A stretch of 64,000 bases of DNA from Octopus bimaculoides. Taxonomy: Eukaryota. This document shows, piece by piece, positions 39,761 to 53,281 of this stretch (positions within the stretch are counted from its first letter, which is position 1; the number at the start of each line of letters is the position of its first letter). The stretch lies in contig NC_068987.1 of the NCBI RefSeq assembly GCF_001194135.2, forward strand, positions 27,777,809-27,841,808, read 5' to 3'. The notes beneath the pieces are model-generated. The model was not told where the DNA came from and did no database searches. It saw only the letters and a program-made list of their open reading frames with translations. Both the position numbers and the translations under genes were made by a program.

Positions 39761-40225
39761 CGTTGCTTCCACCCACCATTTACAGATGCATGTTCAATCT
39801 GGATATTTTGCCTGTTTCCAACAATGTTACCATAACGTTTCCTTTATATTTATGGGAACTAACAATTCCTCACATATCCATTCACCAGAACCACTGGGGA
39901 CTTGTAATTTGCATTAAATGCGGACCATACGGTCATCTATACTTAAGATTAATCGATATCATAGGAACTTCTTCCCTTTAAGACTTCCAATTAAACATCA
40001 TTCCAGCTACAAGCAGCGATTATGATACATTCTCTAGAGGCAGAGATAATTTTAATAAATCAAGAAATTATGTTGTATTTGATATCCCTATATTTGTCTT
40101 TAGTATTCAAATATATGCCATTTGTCACACTGAGTTATTTCTCTTCGCTCATTTTAGTTAAATTATATGTATGTATGTATGTATATATGTATGTATGTAT
40201 GTATGGATGAATGCATGCATGTATG

Positions 40226-40256
<31 letters not shown>

Positions 40257-40398
40257 AGGATCACATATGGAAAATTTGGACTGGAATAGCGAAGTATTGT
40301 AAAATAGCATTTTACTGAATCTGAAATATCAGTTTCTTGAAACTGAGTGAATGTCGTTTCGGCGTTAACAAAATACTATGTACACACACACACACACA

Positions 40399-40429
<31 letters not shown>

Positions 40430-40479
40430 GCGCGCGCACACACACACACGCACACACACACACACANNNNNNNNNNGTG

Positions 40480-40513
<34 letters not shown>

Positions 40514-41345
40514 TGTATGTATGTATGCGTGTATGTATGCATAGATGTCTGTATTTATATCTCTTATCTATGTATATATGTATCGCTGCATGTAGTTATG
40601 TTTCTTTATAGATGCATCTGTGTTAATGTATCTGTGTAAAGGAAAATTTCTGATAATTAGTATAAATCAACTTCATTATTTAATGTGAAATACTTATCAA
40701 CAGAAGCCGGAGATACGAGATGCATTGCATAAATTTACTCTCTTTTCATGATTCGAAAGGTACCTAGAATTTTGAAGTTGAGAAGCATTCTCTTTCCTTT
40801 TAACTATTAATCCATGTTGTGCGCATCAAACAATAATGTATCTGAACTACTATTCTACATAATTTCAAGACACATATATAATTTTTTGTGCGGCGGAGAT
40901 AAAGTACAAAGCACGAAGTGCAAACGTGTTTGTTATTTTTATCGACATTTTATCGACATTTCTAATGCCATGTGGCAAATTGTGGGGCGCTCAATACAAC
41001 TCTGATTTTGAACCCCTAACTGAATCTGGTTAATGAGTCATTAAGTTACATTTTATCAAAAACCAAGAGAGGCATATTTGGTAAATTATCCAACCGTCAA
41101 TGGTTTGGTCAATTGTTTCATCGGAGTGATAGAATTTGGAATAGAATTTTGCACATACTTCTAATACTGTTTATCTTATAAAAAAATATTTCACTGGAAG
41201 TTATTCTATTTCCACAAAAATAACGTTATGAGAATAAACAAAAGATACTAAGTTAAGGTAAATACCAATGTTTTATCACAACGCTGGTTTTATTGAAGTA
41301 CACAAAACGAACATGAAAATCTAATAGAAAAGAAAATTACTTTAC

Positions 41346-41490
41346 CTGAAATGCCTTCATATGTCCACCATCCCGTCCACATGGAGCCTTCAGCTATATG
41401 AATAAAGAAGAAAAGGAAATATAAGATATATTTTGCCGAAATAAATCCGAATATTAACAACATTTTACAATCTTGCCAGATTCCTGGCAT
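41346..41490 (-). CDS. First coding exon of a carbonic-anhydrase-related protein (CARP, CA10/CA11-like): signal peptide plus mature N-terminus
   Basis: MPGIWQDCKMLLIFGFISAKYILYFLFFFIHIAEG/SMWTGWWTYEGIS-G. Hydrophobic core with an A-x-G cleavage site. WWTYEGISG matches the invertebrate CARP WWTYDGISG(PxFWG) motif. It ends at a CAG|gtaaag donor in phase 1. An upstream acceptor ttctattcctcag| would start the exon at 41507. Confidence 0.8.
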
Positions 41491-42169
41491 CTAGTTTGCA
41501 AGACGTACTGAGGAATAGAATAACAGTATGATTTTGGCATTATACATGCATACATACATTTGCATATATGCCGCAATAGCAGAAGAAGAACAGACAAATA
41601 TGCACACAAAATTCATTTAAGAAAATAAATTGATATTTATCTCGTTAGCAAAGGATGCTGTCCACTTTCTTTCATAATCTGTGTGTGTGTGCGTATATAT
41701 ATATATATATATATATAATGGCTAATAAACCAATGGTTTACACCTGGTAGCTTACTGGAAAAGAACAGTCACTTTCACAGTGATCGTTAGGTATATAGCA
41801 AATGAACCAGTTGTTGTGTGTCCCGCCCATGATCAATCGATGCTAGGTGTATCGAAACAATTGTTGTGATTTTTTCCTGTTATTAGGTTTTCTGTAAATG
41901 TTCCAGCAAAGAAGAATTAAGGTTTTGAATTGACCTGAGATTCTGGATTTTCAAACACAACTCAAGCAAGTTTATTTTCTCACAAAGTTTCATACTGCCG
42001 GTAACCATTTTTTGATAACAGACTTGAGGAATGCTAGAGAATAGAGGCAGCAGCTTGACCAATGATACGTATGGTTTATTGTTGCTAACATAATATTGTA
42101 ACGTAGTTACGCGTCGCCAATTATTGCAGTATCGCGACTATTTATGACGATGCATGTTCACACTATAAC

Positions 42170-42391
42170 TGTGTAGCGACAATATTATATATAACGAAGC
42201 AGGGTAACAACAACCTAACAATCCAAGAAAGTCTCCACAAAATATACGTGTCAACAAACGATATTCCGACGAAATACCAAAACGACATCTTACGACTTTC
42301 TGCCTATACTCTCTCACAGAGACCACTACTGTTTATAGTCGTTCATTCAAGTCTATTCTCACGGGGGGTGGGGGTCGTGACTCTCATCACA
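42170..42391 (-). repeat. 222-bp 3' LTR of the Gypsy element
   Basis: Minus strand starts tgtgatg directly after the polypurine tract and ends ..gctacaca. No 5' LTR was found in the window. Confidence 0.6.
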
Positions 42392-43910
42392 AGATCTCCT
42401 CTTTTGAGATTACAACTTCCGTAGGAAACGAAATTTATTTTTTCGTTTTTTTTTCCAACACTTTTCGAAATATTGTTTCCCTAGGGAGTCCAATAACTTT
42501 TCCACGTAGGAATTATTTCTAAATATCCATCCAATCTGTTTACGTTTTCTGTTACTGTTCTTGTAACCTCAATCTCTTTCGGTACTGGTACATCGAACAT
42601 CTCGTAAAACACTGCCATCGGAACTTCCTTCCTTTTTCTGCATGCCTGATTTTTAATTGATTCAGGTGTCGTTTATGCTCCCACTTTAGCCTTTCATTAA
42701 ATACACCATGTTTCCAATTTTTTTAGTCAACACACCATCCTGCCAACTCTTTTTACCGTTCTTGTATACTTTGAAATAGACTTTGGCTCCGACATCAAAA
42801 TATTTACTTTAATTTTTTGTATTTTCTCTCTAAGTTTTTTTCCTTTGGCAACAATTTGTCGAAGATTGATTTAATCTTTTGGGCGAAAATTAGCTCTGCA
42901 AGTGACTTGCCTGAACTGGTATTCGGATTTAACGTTATTCTGTACACACTTAAAAATTTAGTTAGCGCTTCATCATTTCCTAACTCGTTCCTTTCATTTT
43001 TTTAGCACTTGCTTGAAAGTATCTGCGAATCATTCTGTTTACCCATTTGACTTCGAGTGGTAGGGTGGGGTAAACATATTCTCGATTTCATGCATTTTGC
43101 AGAATTTCTTGAACCCTTATCCTTTAAATTATGTTCCATTATCCGATTCTATGCTGTCCGAAACACTGTATCGTGCAAAACGTTCGTGTAGAAAAAAACT
43201 TTATTGTTGCCTTCGAGGTAGGTTGACTGCACTTAGAAACTTCGGGCGTCTTCGAACAGCTATCAACAATGATGAAGTATAGTGCGTCATTCACTGGTCC
43301 AGCGTAGTCTATATGTACCCTGGACTACAGACTATCCGTCTCACGCCACTATTGGTATTTCAGACAACCTCTACATGATTTTACCAAATTTTCAACGTCC
43401 CAGTCGGTTCCCGGCCAATACATGGAACTCCTCATCAAAGCTTTCATTCTTGACATCTCTGGGTGTCCACTATGAAATTCATGTAATATCCGTTTCTGTA
43501 GTGCAGTTGGTACTACCATTATTTGTGCGTACATCGTCGCAGAGGGAAAATGGTTCGCATTCGTGTTTCACTTTTGTTTATTTTTTAAGGCTTCCTTAAT
43601 TTTTATGATGTATTTGTCCTCCGCTGATTTATTTTTTATATCTTATACAGTCACTGGTAACTCCTGAATAATGAGATTACACATAACGTTTTTAATTTCC
43701 TTTTCTGATACTAATGCGGCTATCAGCGTATTTCCCAACGTTTCCGCATTCTTCAGAATTAGCCTAGATAAACCATCTGCATGGCCAATTTATTTAGAAG
43801 GATTTTATTCCATCTTAAACTTGTTATTTAATAATATTGTACCCTAGCATTGAAATCCGTTGGTTGCATGGGGAGGAATTTGTTTTTCTGTTGGTTGTTT
43901 ATTGAGATAT
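42170..43910 (-). mobile_element. Ty3/Gypsy (Mag/K02A2.6-like) retrotransposon 3' half: RNase H end, integrase, PPT, 3' LTR
   Basis: Integrase HHCC segment VVPTALQKRILHEFHSGHPEMSRMKALMRSSMYWPGTDWDVENLVKSCRGC (43349-43534). PPT aaaagaggagat at about 42394-42405, followed by a TG..CA-bounded LTR. Confidence 0.85.
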
Positions 43911-46009
43911 TTAACATCAGAAATGAACCAATAGAAAAAGTTCGTAAACAAATGTGCAAATGCTTTAAGTTAATTGTATTTGTGTTTGTCGTTTTTTTGT
44001 ATGCCTTATTTGTAGATATTTTGTAGGTTTGCCAAAGTATAGAAATGTTCAGTGAGCATGACCTAAGTCAGTACAATAAAAAGTCGAAGTCACATCAATC
44101 GCAGAAAGATAGAGTGGTCGATAAGAAACAGTACTTTGGTATAGGTGATGATGATTTCAAGAAACATATTATACTTATGACTCATCATTTTGTGCATATA
44201 GATAAAAGAAATGCTCTTTCTGTATACCAAAAAGGATGCACATCCTGCTCAAGTCTGAGGGATATACATGCACAGAATAACAAAATAAATAGTAGTACTC
44301 ACATGACGCTTGCTGTATTGTGAAACTTGACTAGTGAGAAAAGAATTCAATTGAAGTAAGTCATATACTCTAAACTATGTACTGAGTATAATTTTCTCCA
44401 TTCGATGACAGAGAATAATGTGAGTGTGGATGTATTTATACATATTAAATCCATACGTAATAATGAAATAACGAATCAGTCAATAAGACTTAAGTTTTTC
44501 ATTGAAATATTTGCCGTAATCTACAAACTACTTAGCTAATTCACAAAGGTTGTAAATATTTCTAAGGTAATCAGCTTGACGAGGTGACGTATATGAAGTC
44601 AATTTAAAATATGACTATTCAACTTCCATTACAGATGACAACATAAAACATTAGAAAATTCAAATTTACTCTGGATCAGGAATTAAAATTAAGTGTTCTG
44701 TACATAAAACGAAGTAAATTCAAAATATTCTGTCTAATGAAATTTTATTTTAGTATGTTTATATGCAATATTTTGATATATTCCAGTCCTTATTTTAATA
44801 GGAAACAGACTTATATTTTCATTTCGTCTTTACTTTCCCATATTAGAATTTTTGGTGCCAAACAGCTATATCTCGTACATTTGATTATTTCTTGGAATAT
44901 TAAACCATTAATAATGAATGATTACAAAGAACATCAGCTGATTCGTGAAAACAAGAATGTACAGTATTTTGCTGCATGTAAAATCAAGCTTTATCTGATA
45001 TGCCACTCTCCTCACTATCCTATAAGAAATTAGTGACATATGGATTTTGCTACAATCTCCTTATCTTTCACAGTGGCTGAGCGTGTACTATAATGCGGGT
45101 GGTGCGATGGAAAACCTCAATGAAGACAACAACACCGCGTATCTATGCGAGGGCAAACTAAGGTCACATACACAGGTGAGCCCGCCCACGGTGGATGTCC
45201 TTTCATTGGTCGGGATGCACACTGTGTTCACTGATTGGTACAATTTCAAATCAATTTTTTCTTAGCAGAGACTCTCTCTTACTCTCTTTTTTACTTGTTT
45301 CAGTCATTTTTACATGTTTCAGTCGTTTGTATAAATGTACAAATGAAGAATAAGTATAAATATACAAATAAATATTCTAACATTGCCAACTCTTTAAAGC
45401 TTGCAATGTTTGAATGGAAAACAATACCTCACAATAGAACGAAAATTAATTCATGTAGACAAGAATTGGCGTTGTTAACTGCAGATGTTATATTTTCATC
45501 GACATCATGCGATGCTGAAACTGGGTTGACGCTTGTGTGTGTGATTCGAGAATGGACATAATTTGCTGAAAAGCACACCGGTAATTAAGACAAAAGTTAC
45601 TATATTTATAATGGATCATTAATATCAAACAATTTGGGATACGTTCTTTGGCTCACAATTATATTTTAACTCCGAATAATGGTAAGATAGATGATGGTTC
45701 TCTCATCCCCCTGTAACTCTTATTTCACCACCACCCCTCACACAATAGCTAACATATTCTGGGATAAGTACGTATTCTATTACGATTCTTATTTATTCCC
45801 AGACGCATTTCTCTTCAAATATTTTAATGTATACATATTGTACTGTGTATGCTTAAAGATTATTATCATGTATAAGATGATCGCTTTATTTCTCGGATTC
45901 TCTTTCTCTTTTCTTCTTTCAGAGAACTCTCTCAGAACGCATTGTCACTTTGCTACAAGAAAATCCTTTCTACAACCGACACGAGGCCTGGAATTTGGGT
46001 GGGGGAGGT

Positions 46010-46190
46010 GCAGCTTGAGTACATCAATCCCAGTACTTGGCTAGTGCTTGTTTAATCGACTACGAATGGATGCAAACCAAAGTCGGCTTCGACGAAGTTT
46101 GAAATCAGAATGTAAAAACGGACGAAATACTGCAAAACGTTTTGTCCGGTTTGTTAACAACCTTCTTTGTTCGCCGTCTTTCCAACATGG
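46010..46190 (-). mobile_element. Decayed SINE
   Basis: Similar to 4634-4866. Confidence 0.6.
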
Positions 46191-46849
46191 AAATCAATAG
46201 TAAAAATTAATTTCGCTCTAATAGGGTTTCGTATTTCAAGCTTTCCAGAAAAGCATTACTTTTTAACGAGTGGTATTGCTTATGTGTGAATGTGTGTGTG
46301 TGTACATGTGTATATATGTATGCATATACATATGTGTATGTGTGTGCGTGCGGGTGTCTATATGTATCTACGTACGTGAGAACGTGTGTATGGTTGTGTA
46401 TGCATGAATTTACTACCTCAATTCAAAATCCGCTAGGATCGACTTTGCCGGTAATTCTCTCAGGATCGATAAAAAAAAATGCAATCTGTGAACTGGAGTC
46501 GAGGTAATCGACCAGGCTCCTCCTTCAAAACTTCAGGTTTTGAGCCTATAGTTAAGTGAATTTTTATTTTGTTACTAAAACCTTGTTATCTTTCTCATTC
46601 TTTCCTTTTTTTTTTTGTCGCACTCGATGTTTTCTTTTCTCAATTGATTGTTCAATGCGTCAAACCAATTCTTACAATTTCTTATTTCTTCCATGTTGTT
46701 CTATTTTGTTTCTGATTGCATGGAGTTTACATTATGTACGAATGCATGATGTACGTATGTGTGTGTGCATGTACGTGTGCGCGTGTGTCTGTGTATATGC
46801 AAGGGAAAGTCAATTTATGAGTGTATGAGCCAGTAGAGGCCGTGGATAT

Positions 46850-47105
46850 CTAGGGCTATTCCAAGCTATTGTCTATACCAAAAATTAAGTATTGGGGGAC
46901 ACTACTCCCAACTGGTAAAGCACTATTCGATGGGTAGATGGAGAACCAGTCCACCAAGAGATTATAGCCAAAATGATGATGAGCGTTTTTAACTGAATAG
47001 AGTGGATCAGTTTGAAATACAGTTCCAAATTCTAGGAAACAACGTACAACATACATTAGGAATCATACGATTGTGAACTCCAAAGTCTAACCACTAGGCC
47101 ATGCT
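46850..47105 (-). mobile_element. Decayed tRNA-derived SINE
   Basis: Minus-strand head cagcatggcctagtggttagac (box A), and a tail similar to octopus SINE 3' ends. Confidence 0.5.
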
Positions 47106-48666
47106 GTATTCTGTAACATATATTAATCTTTACATATGTATGCTTAAATACACACATGCATACGGAGGCAGGGTATATAAGTGTATATAAATTTTAATAC
47201 ACACATTTTATATACATGCCTATATAATACATACATACCTCGTACCACCCACTGAAACCGATAAGGTTAGTATTAGGGCTACTGGTAACCTTGAAATCAT
47301 AAACGCTTCCTGTAAACAGCTTACTAGTGCGGGCGTTTACAAGGCATAAAATATGTGACTGATTCTAACCTCTGCAACGACACTCTACAAAGGGCTAATG
47401 TAATAGTAAATGGTAAAAGGAATTAGTTTTTTTGGGGTTTTTTTTTCTGAAACACATTATCCCGAAATGCCAGCGATGTTCTGAGGAGTCACTCTCAATA
47501 GTATTAACAAAGGAGCGCAATATAAAATGATTTACGAACTATTATCCAGGTGCATGCATAGAACTAAACACGCGATCACATACTACAATGTAAACCACAC
47601 CTAACTGAAGCAAACCTAACACCCAGAACCCACATTAATCTCCCTAATTTAAAACCTCATAAACTGTAACCATGAAACATTGAAGAAGAACCGTATACGA
47701 ATAGCATTTATTTATACATGTAACTTTAAATTCAGTTATGTATATATATATATATATATATATGTATATAAGTATGAATATACGTATGCATATATGTGAG
47801 TGTATGGGTGTGGGGGTACTTGTCTGGGTCTATGTATGCATCTATATGCAACTATATGCATGTTGTATGTGTGTNNNNNNNNNNNNNNNNNNNNNNNNNN
47901 NNNNNNNNNNNNNNNNNNNNNNNNNNNNNNNNNNNNNNNNNNNNNNNNNNNNNNNNNNNNNNNNNNNNNNNNNNNNNNNNNNNNNNNNNNNNNNNNNNNN
48001 NNNNNNNNNNNNNNNNNNNNNNNNNNNNNNNNNNNNNNNNNNNNNNNNNNNNNNNNNNNNNNNNNNNNNNNNNNNNNNNNNNNNNNNNNNNNNNNNNNNN
48101 NNNNNNNNNNNNNNNNNNNNNNNNNNNNNNNNNNNNNNNNNNNNNNNNNNNNNNNNNNNNNNNNNNNNNNNNNNNNNNNNNNNNNNNNNNNNNNNNNNNN
48201 NNNNNNNNNNNNNNNNNNNNNNNNNNNNNNNNNNNNNNNNNNNNNNNNNNNNNNNNNNNNNNNNNNNNNNNNNNNNNNNNNNNNNNNNNNNNNNNNNNNN
48301 NNNNNNNNNNNNNNNNNNNNNNNNNNNNNNNNNNNNNNNNNNTATATATATATATATATATATCTGTGTGTGTGTGACTCTGTCGATCTGCTTTTATGTC
48401 TTTATGCATATGCAGGAGCATAAAACTATTTGACTAAGTATTAATCTTCTTTCCTCCTTCTACTTTCTTTTTCCTCTAAGTAGTTATGACAGCCAAAGCT
48501 GATTAGGTCATATTATCTAAACTAGAACGCAAGATTTCCACGTTCATATTTGAATTTTTTGGCATTTCTGTAATATTATTTAGTTTTATTCCTTCCGTAA
48601 CTTGATGGGCATATAACAAGCCAGCCGACACTAAAAAAATACGTAGTAAAACATATTGTTATCGAT

Positions 48667-48709
48667 GTACCTAATGAGACCCAGACTGATGGGTCGAAAG
48701 ATGTTGGAC
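48667..48709 (+). ncRNA. Degenerate minimal hammerhead motif
   Basis: GTAC-CTAATGA-GACCCA gactga TGGGTC-GAA-AGATGT-T-GGAC. Stem II is a perfect 6 bp; G5 and stem III are mutated. Confidence 0.5.
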
Positions 48710-48769
48710 CCAATAAAGGTTTAATACTGAACCTATCTTCTCTTAATTAATATTATATATATTTTATAT

Positions 48770-48990
48770 ATGCATGACTCAGTGGTTATATCGTCTGGTT
48801 CACAATCATAAGGTAGTGAGTTAGTTTCCCGGACCGGGCTGCTGCATTAGCCTTTGCCCTTCCCTTAGATAGCATCTGTGGCGTGGAGAGGGGAGGCTGG
48901 TGTGTATGGACTTCTGATGTTCTTCCATATACACTGTTTCCCATACTTCTGCCTGGGAGGGTAACTTTGTAGGTGCCAACCCATGGTCAT
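48770..48990 (+). mobile_element. Decayed tRNA-derived SINE
   Basis: Head atgactcagtggtta..cacaatcataaggtagtgagttagtttcccggaccgggc. Confidence 0.55.
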
Positions 48991-49009
48991 ACATATATAT
49001 ACTCCTTAC

Positions 49010-49528
49010 TCTCTCTCTCTTTTACTCTTTTACTTGTTTCAGTCATTTGACTGCAGCCATGCTGGAGCACCACCTTTAGTCGAGCAAATTGACCCCAGGA
49101 CTTATTCTTTGTAAGCCTAGTACTTATTCTATCAGTCTCTTTTGCCGAACCGCTAGGTTACGGGGACGTAAACACACCAGCATCGGTTGTCAAGCAATGT
49201 TGGGGGACAAACACAGACACACAAACATATACACACACATACATATACATACATATACATANNNNNNNNNNNNNNNNNNNNNNNNNNNNNNNNNNNNNNN
49301 NNNNNNNNNNNNNNNNNNNNNNNNNNNNNNNNNNNNNNNNNNNNNNNNNNNNNNNNNNTATATATATATATATACGACGGGCTTCTTTCTGTTTCCGTCT
49401 ACCAAATCCACAGGCTTTGGTCGGCCCGAGGCTATAGTAGAAGACACTCTCCCAAGGTGCCACGCAGTGGGACTGAACCCGGAACAATGTGGTTGGTAAG
49501 CAAGCTACTTACCACACAGCCACTCCTA
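49010..49528 (-). mobile_element. Full-length octopus SINE (same family as 38831-39250), with an N gap in the internal microsatellite
   Basis: Near-identical head and 3' half in reverse orientation. Confidence 0.9.
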
Positions 49529-49529
49529 T

Positions 49530-49580
<51 letters not shown>

Positions 49581-51565
49581 CAACCCTTAGTTTCTCAGAA
49601 TCGAAGGCATGGCCTCTCTAAAATAAATGCAAAATTTGTCAAAGCATTTTCATTCAAAATTCTCCGAACGTTTAAAATATTTAAAATGTAGTGTACGTAT
49701 CTCGTTCCAATACAAGAAGACATACTGCCTGCATGAGATAGATATTTCAGTGTCAGGTTTTATAGATAACTCTCAGACCAGATTAATGACATAGTTTTCC
49801 AAACCATATTCATGTATTTTGAATTACATTAGCAATTTCATCATCAAGGGTTGCATCTGCCTTTAATATGAGTTGGTTTCCTATGCAGAATGTATATATG
49901 ACTTTATGACGAACAAATATATGTTCATATTACCATACATCCATATTGTATAATGCATACGATGGCAGGGTTGTTAAAATATAAGATTTATCGATATTTG
50001 CTGGGAGGTCCACCTCCTTACAAGCAGTGAAATTTTGATGTTTTTAAGATCGTCTTTAGAGTGTGTATGACAGCATCAATGTGGTCAGCTTTTGTGGGAG
50101 TATGTATTTTTGTGTATGTGTGTGTGCACGTGCGTGTCTCCTCTTGAGTTCCCACAAAGTAATTTCATATTGAATTGCTAATTCTTGTTTTCCATATATT
50201 TCCTGGTATATTTTGTCTATCGCCAGAGTAGTGAAATTTTAATTGCAGTAGACTAAGCATAGTGATTCATTTAACCATATATTATAATACTGTACGAACT
50301 ATATTTCAAATTGGCTTTTCAAAAATTATGTATGCGATAGTAATATGAATCAAGTTATTGGAAATGATAATTGTTGTTTTACGTTTTTCGTGCCAAACGT
50401 TTCATAGAATTGTGAATCACTTCAAAATGATTTCGAATGCCATATCATATATCTAATTTATTCAAGTTTAATTCAATACAATATTACTCTGAGGATCAGC
50501 GATGAGATTTAAGAACCAAAATTAATTTAGCCACGAAATATGATACACAACATACTAGAGAGAAAAATAGCTCGTAATGAAACAAAAATATCTAGTGAAT
50601 CACAGTTTTACGTTCAAATGTAATGTGCAAAATATTGTTTCATATATTTAGCATATGATACACCAACTTGTATCTCAAGGCACTTTCTGCTATACGGCTA
50701 CACTGGCAATGAAAAAGATCTGTAATGCGAAACAGCATTAAAGTGGATATTTTGAAATCAACTTTGATCAAATTTATCATATTAGTCTTACTCATATATT
50801 TCTGAAGTATTTTACCTTACGATAAATTAGTTAGACTTAATTCACAGCCTATGAAGTTATTTTCCTGAAATCAGGGACCAAGAAATACTTTGTTAGATGG
50901 TTATGCTCCTTTATCTCAGCCCAAATTTAAATAACGTCTTCTGAACCTATATATATCCATTACGTTAAATTTAGTGTTGAAACTATTAAAGTATACAACA
51001 TATAGTGGCGCTTAATACTTAAAGAATATGAAGAAAAAATTAATTAGTTTATAATCGCTCAAAAATCTATTAGAATTTAAACTTACGCACGTAATTATCA
51101 GAAATCTATTTTCATTTAGATGAAATAGAAATTATTTCTCATGAAATTATAAACTTACCCAATATACTACCCTTTAATCTTGTGTGAGTCTTAAATAGTT
51201 TAAAATACCGTAATTTTCCTTTTGTTTCAATTAATAGATAAGTAAAATCTTAATGAAACCGCGATATGTAACGAGATTATTAATTTTCTAAAGCGATCCA
51301 TCGAAGCACCATTCTTACAAATACGTTCGTCAATTTGTAAACCTACTGACATTATCGTAGCTGTTACTTTATGTGATGTATAATTAATACTTAATTCATG
51401 TTTAATAATAACTGCTGAGAATTACACATAATCCATTTCCTATGCTAACACACCTGGTTCTTGATTGTCTTTATCCGAAGTTTTCAGTCTATTGATAACT
51501 CGATATCTTTGTGGTTTGCTTTCAGCAGTAGTTATTGTGGTTTATTTCCTACCAAATACACTTAC

Positions 51566-51615
51566 CTACAGATGTCAGAGGACTATCAAATGGTACGGGA
51601 GCTATTCTTTCTCCG
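51566..51615 (-). other. Candidate 50-nt upstream exon of the CARP gene (5' UTR or alternative N-terminus)
   Basis: Acceptor ttattcttgtgttttaattag| and donor TAG|gtaagt. No ATG. Only one frame is open (GERIAPVPFDSPLTSV), ending in phase 1. Confidence 0.35.
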
Positions 51616-52891
51616 CTAATTAAAACACAAGAATAATACATTGTATTACAAATTTAAACTGGATAAAAGATTTAGCTATCTTATAGCAAAAAGTAAGTGA
51701 AGCTATTAGACTACCAACATGCTGAATCTCATCTTTTGTCTCTGAAGATTTCTATTTTATTTTAGAGGAAATTTCCTCCAGCCAACCTTTTATAGCGGGA
51801 ATGTCTTTAATGATTATATGTGTATACTCAAGCAAGCTTTATATGCATTATTACATCGTGACATTTGTTTAAGAAGAAAAGTCAATTTAGTTATGCATTT
51901 AATAAATTATCTATGTAATATTTGTGTGATTTTGTATTTGGGATACATAAGATCAAATTATTAGGAATAACTTAATTACCACAACAACTGATAGTTTGCA
52001 TTATTAAATGTAAGCGTTCCAGACATAATTTAATTTGAATTTATAGATAAACTTCATTTCAGTTTAATGAACACATGTAATACTCTTGTAGAAAACGTTT
52101 TCCAGACATTTCAAAATTAAGTTCACTGACCAACATATAGAGTAAATCAGGATGGAAAATCAATCAGTGACGAAGTTCCAGCACGCTATAGACATTAAAC
52201 ACTGGAGTCAGTCTATTAGTCTCAGAAGTCCACCACTAAGGCTAATAAAGGTTATTTTCACTATTTGATAGGAGGAACTAAAATCATTAGAACATACTAC
52301 TGTAGATTCAATCGATATAAGCCGGATACTTTATTTTTATATATATTAACATTTTTCATATCACATAAATCGTTGCATTCTCTTAAAATCTAGTCAATAA
52401 ATTCATCAGATTGTTACAACAGTCTGAGGGAAGCGTTTGTCCTCAAATTTATCATGTATCTAATAGAAGTCCTATTTTGATGTTCAAATAATCGGGGTCG
52501 GTTGACGGGAGTACTTAGTAGTGTAGAAATATAGATATCATTATAAACATTTCTAGCGTTTACTTTCCTATAAATTTCGCAATTATTGCAATATGAATTC
52601 TTTACGTATGTATGCATCTATATAGTAGCAGGTATAAAACCGCATGTGTAGATATTTATGGGACTATATCTTCCATGAATATATTCCTGCACACTATTCT
52701 GCTGTTAATATATCTGCATGTTAGTAACTTCTTATAACTGATATTAATTTTATAATTACTCATAACCCACATGTTCAATATGGTTTGGAGTTTGATACGG
52801 CACAGATGATGGTTAATCCAGATGACGAATACCTTAGTATAAGAAACAGAATATTTGAAAACGTGTGACCTGTGCATAGACATATATTTAT

Positions 52892-52933
<42 letters not shown>

Positions 52934-53044
52934 CATAATGACGTACGCATATATATAACAAAGTAAAGTTGTAAGATACCGCACGAGGGGAAATATATAT
53001 GAAAGAAGGTTTGAAAATGCAATTTTAAAGATATTTATTCACTT

Positions 53045-53281
53045 CGCTTGCTGAGGGCGGGGTGCGTTAGCCCGACTCCATCAGTTAGCCGTACCTGCGC
53101 TTTCGTGGAGCGACAGGCCCGGTTGAGAGAAGCGCGTGGGTCCCGATGCCGGCGGTGGCAGGGGCGCTTATCTGTGACCTGCGGACGCCGCGCGCCTACC
53201 AGCCCGACGGAACCGGGACGCGACGTCGGATCGGAGATGAAGTGCGTCCGATGCCGGCGCCCCGGAAATCGAGTGCCGACG
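53045..53281 (-). pseudogene. GC-rich insert, tentatively a degenerate 28S rRNA D2 expansion-segment fragment
   Basis: About two-thirds GC in an AT-rich background (41/60 in 53101-53160). The minus strand has cgcactt..cgcgtcccggttccg..ggctggtagg..caggt..gggacc..gtcgggctaacgcaccccgccctc, in the order of the D2 landmarks that precede GTCGGCTACCCACCCGACCCGTC. Confidence 0.5.

Noticed and set aside
44045-44323. 92-aa plus-strand ORF behind a plausible acceptor
   Set aside because: No recognisable domain, and it is antisense to CARP.
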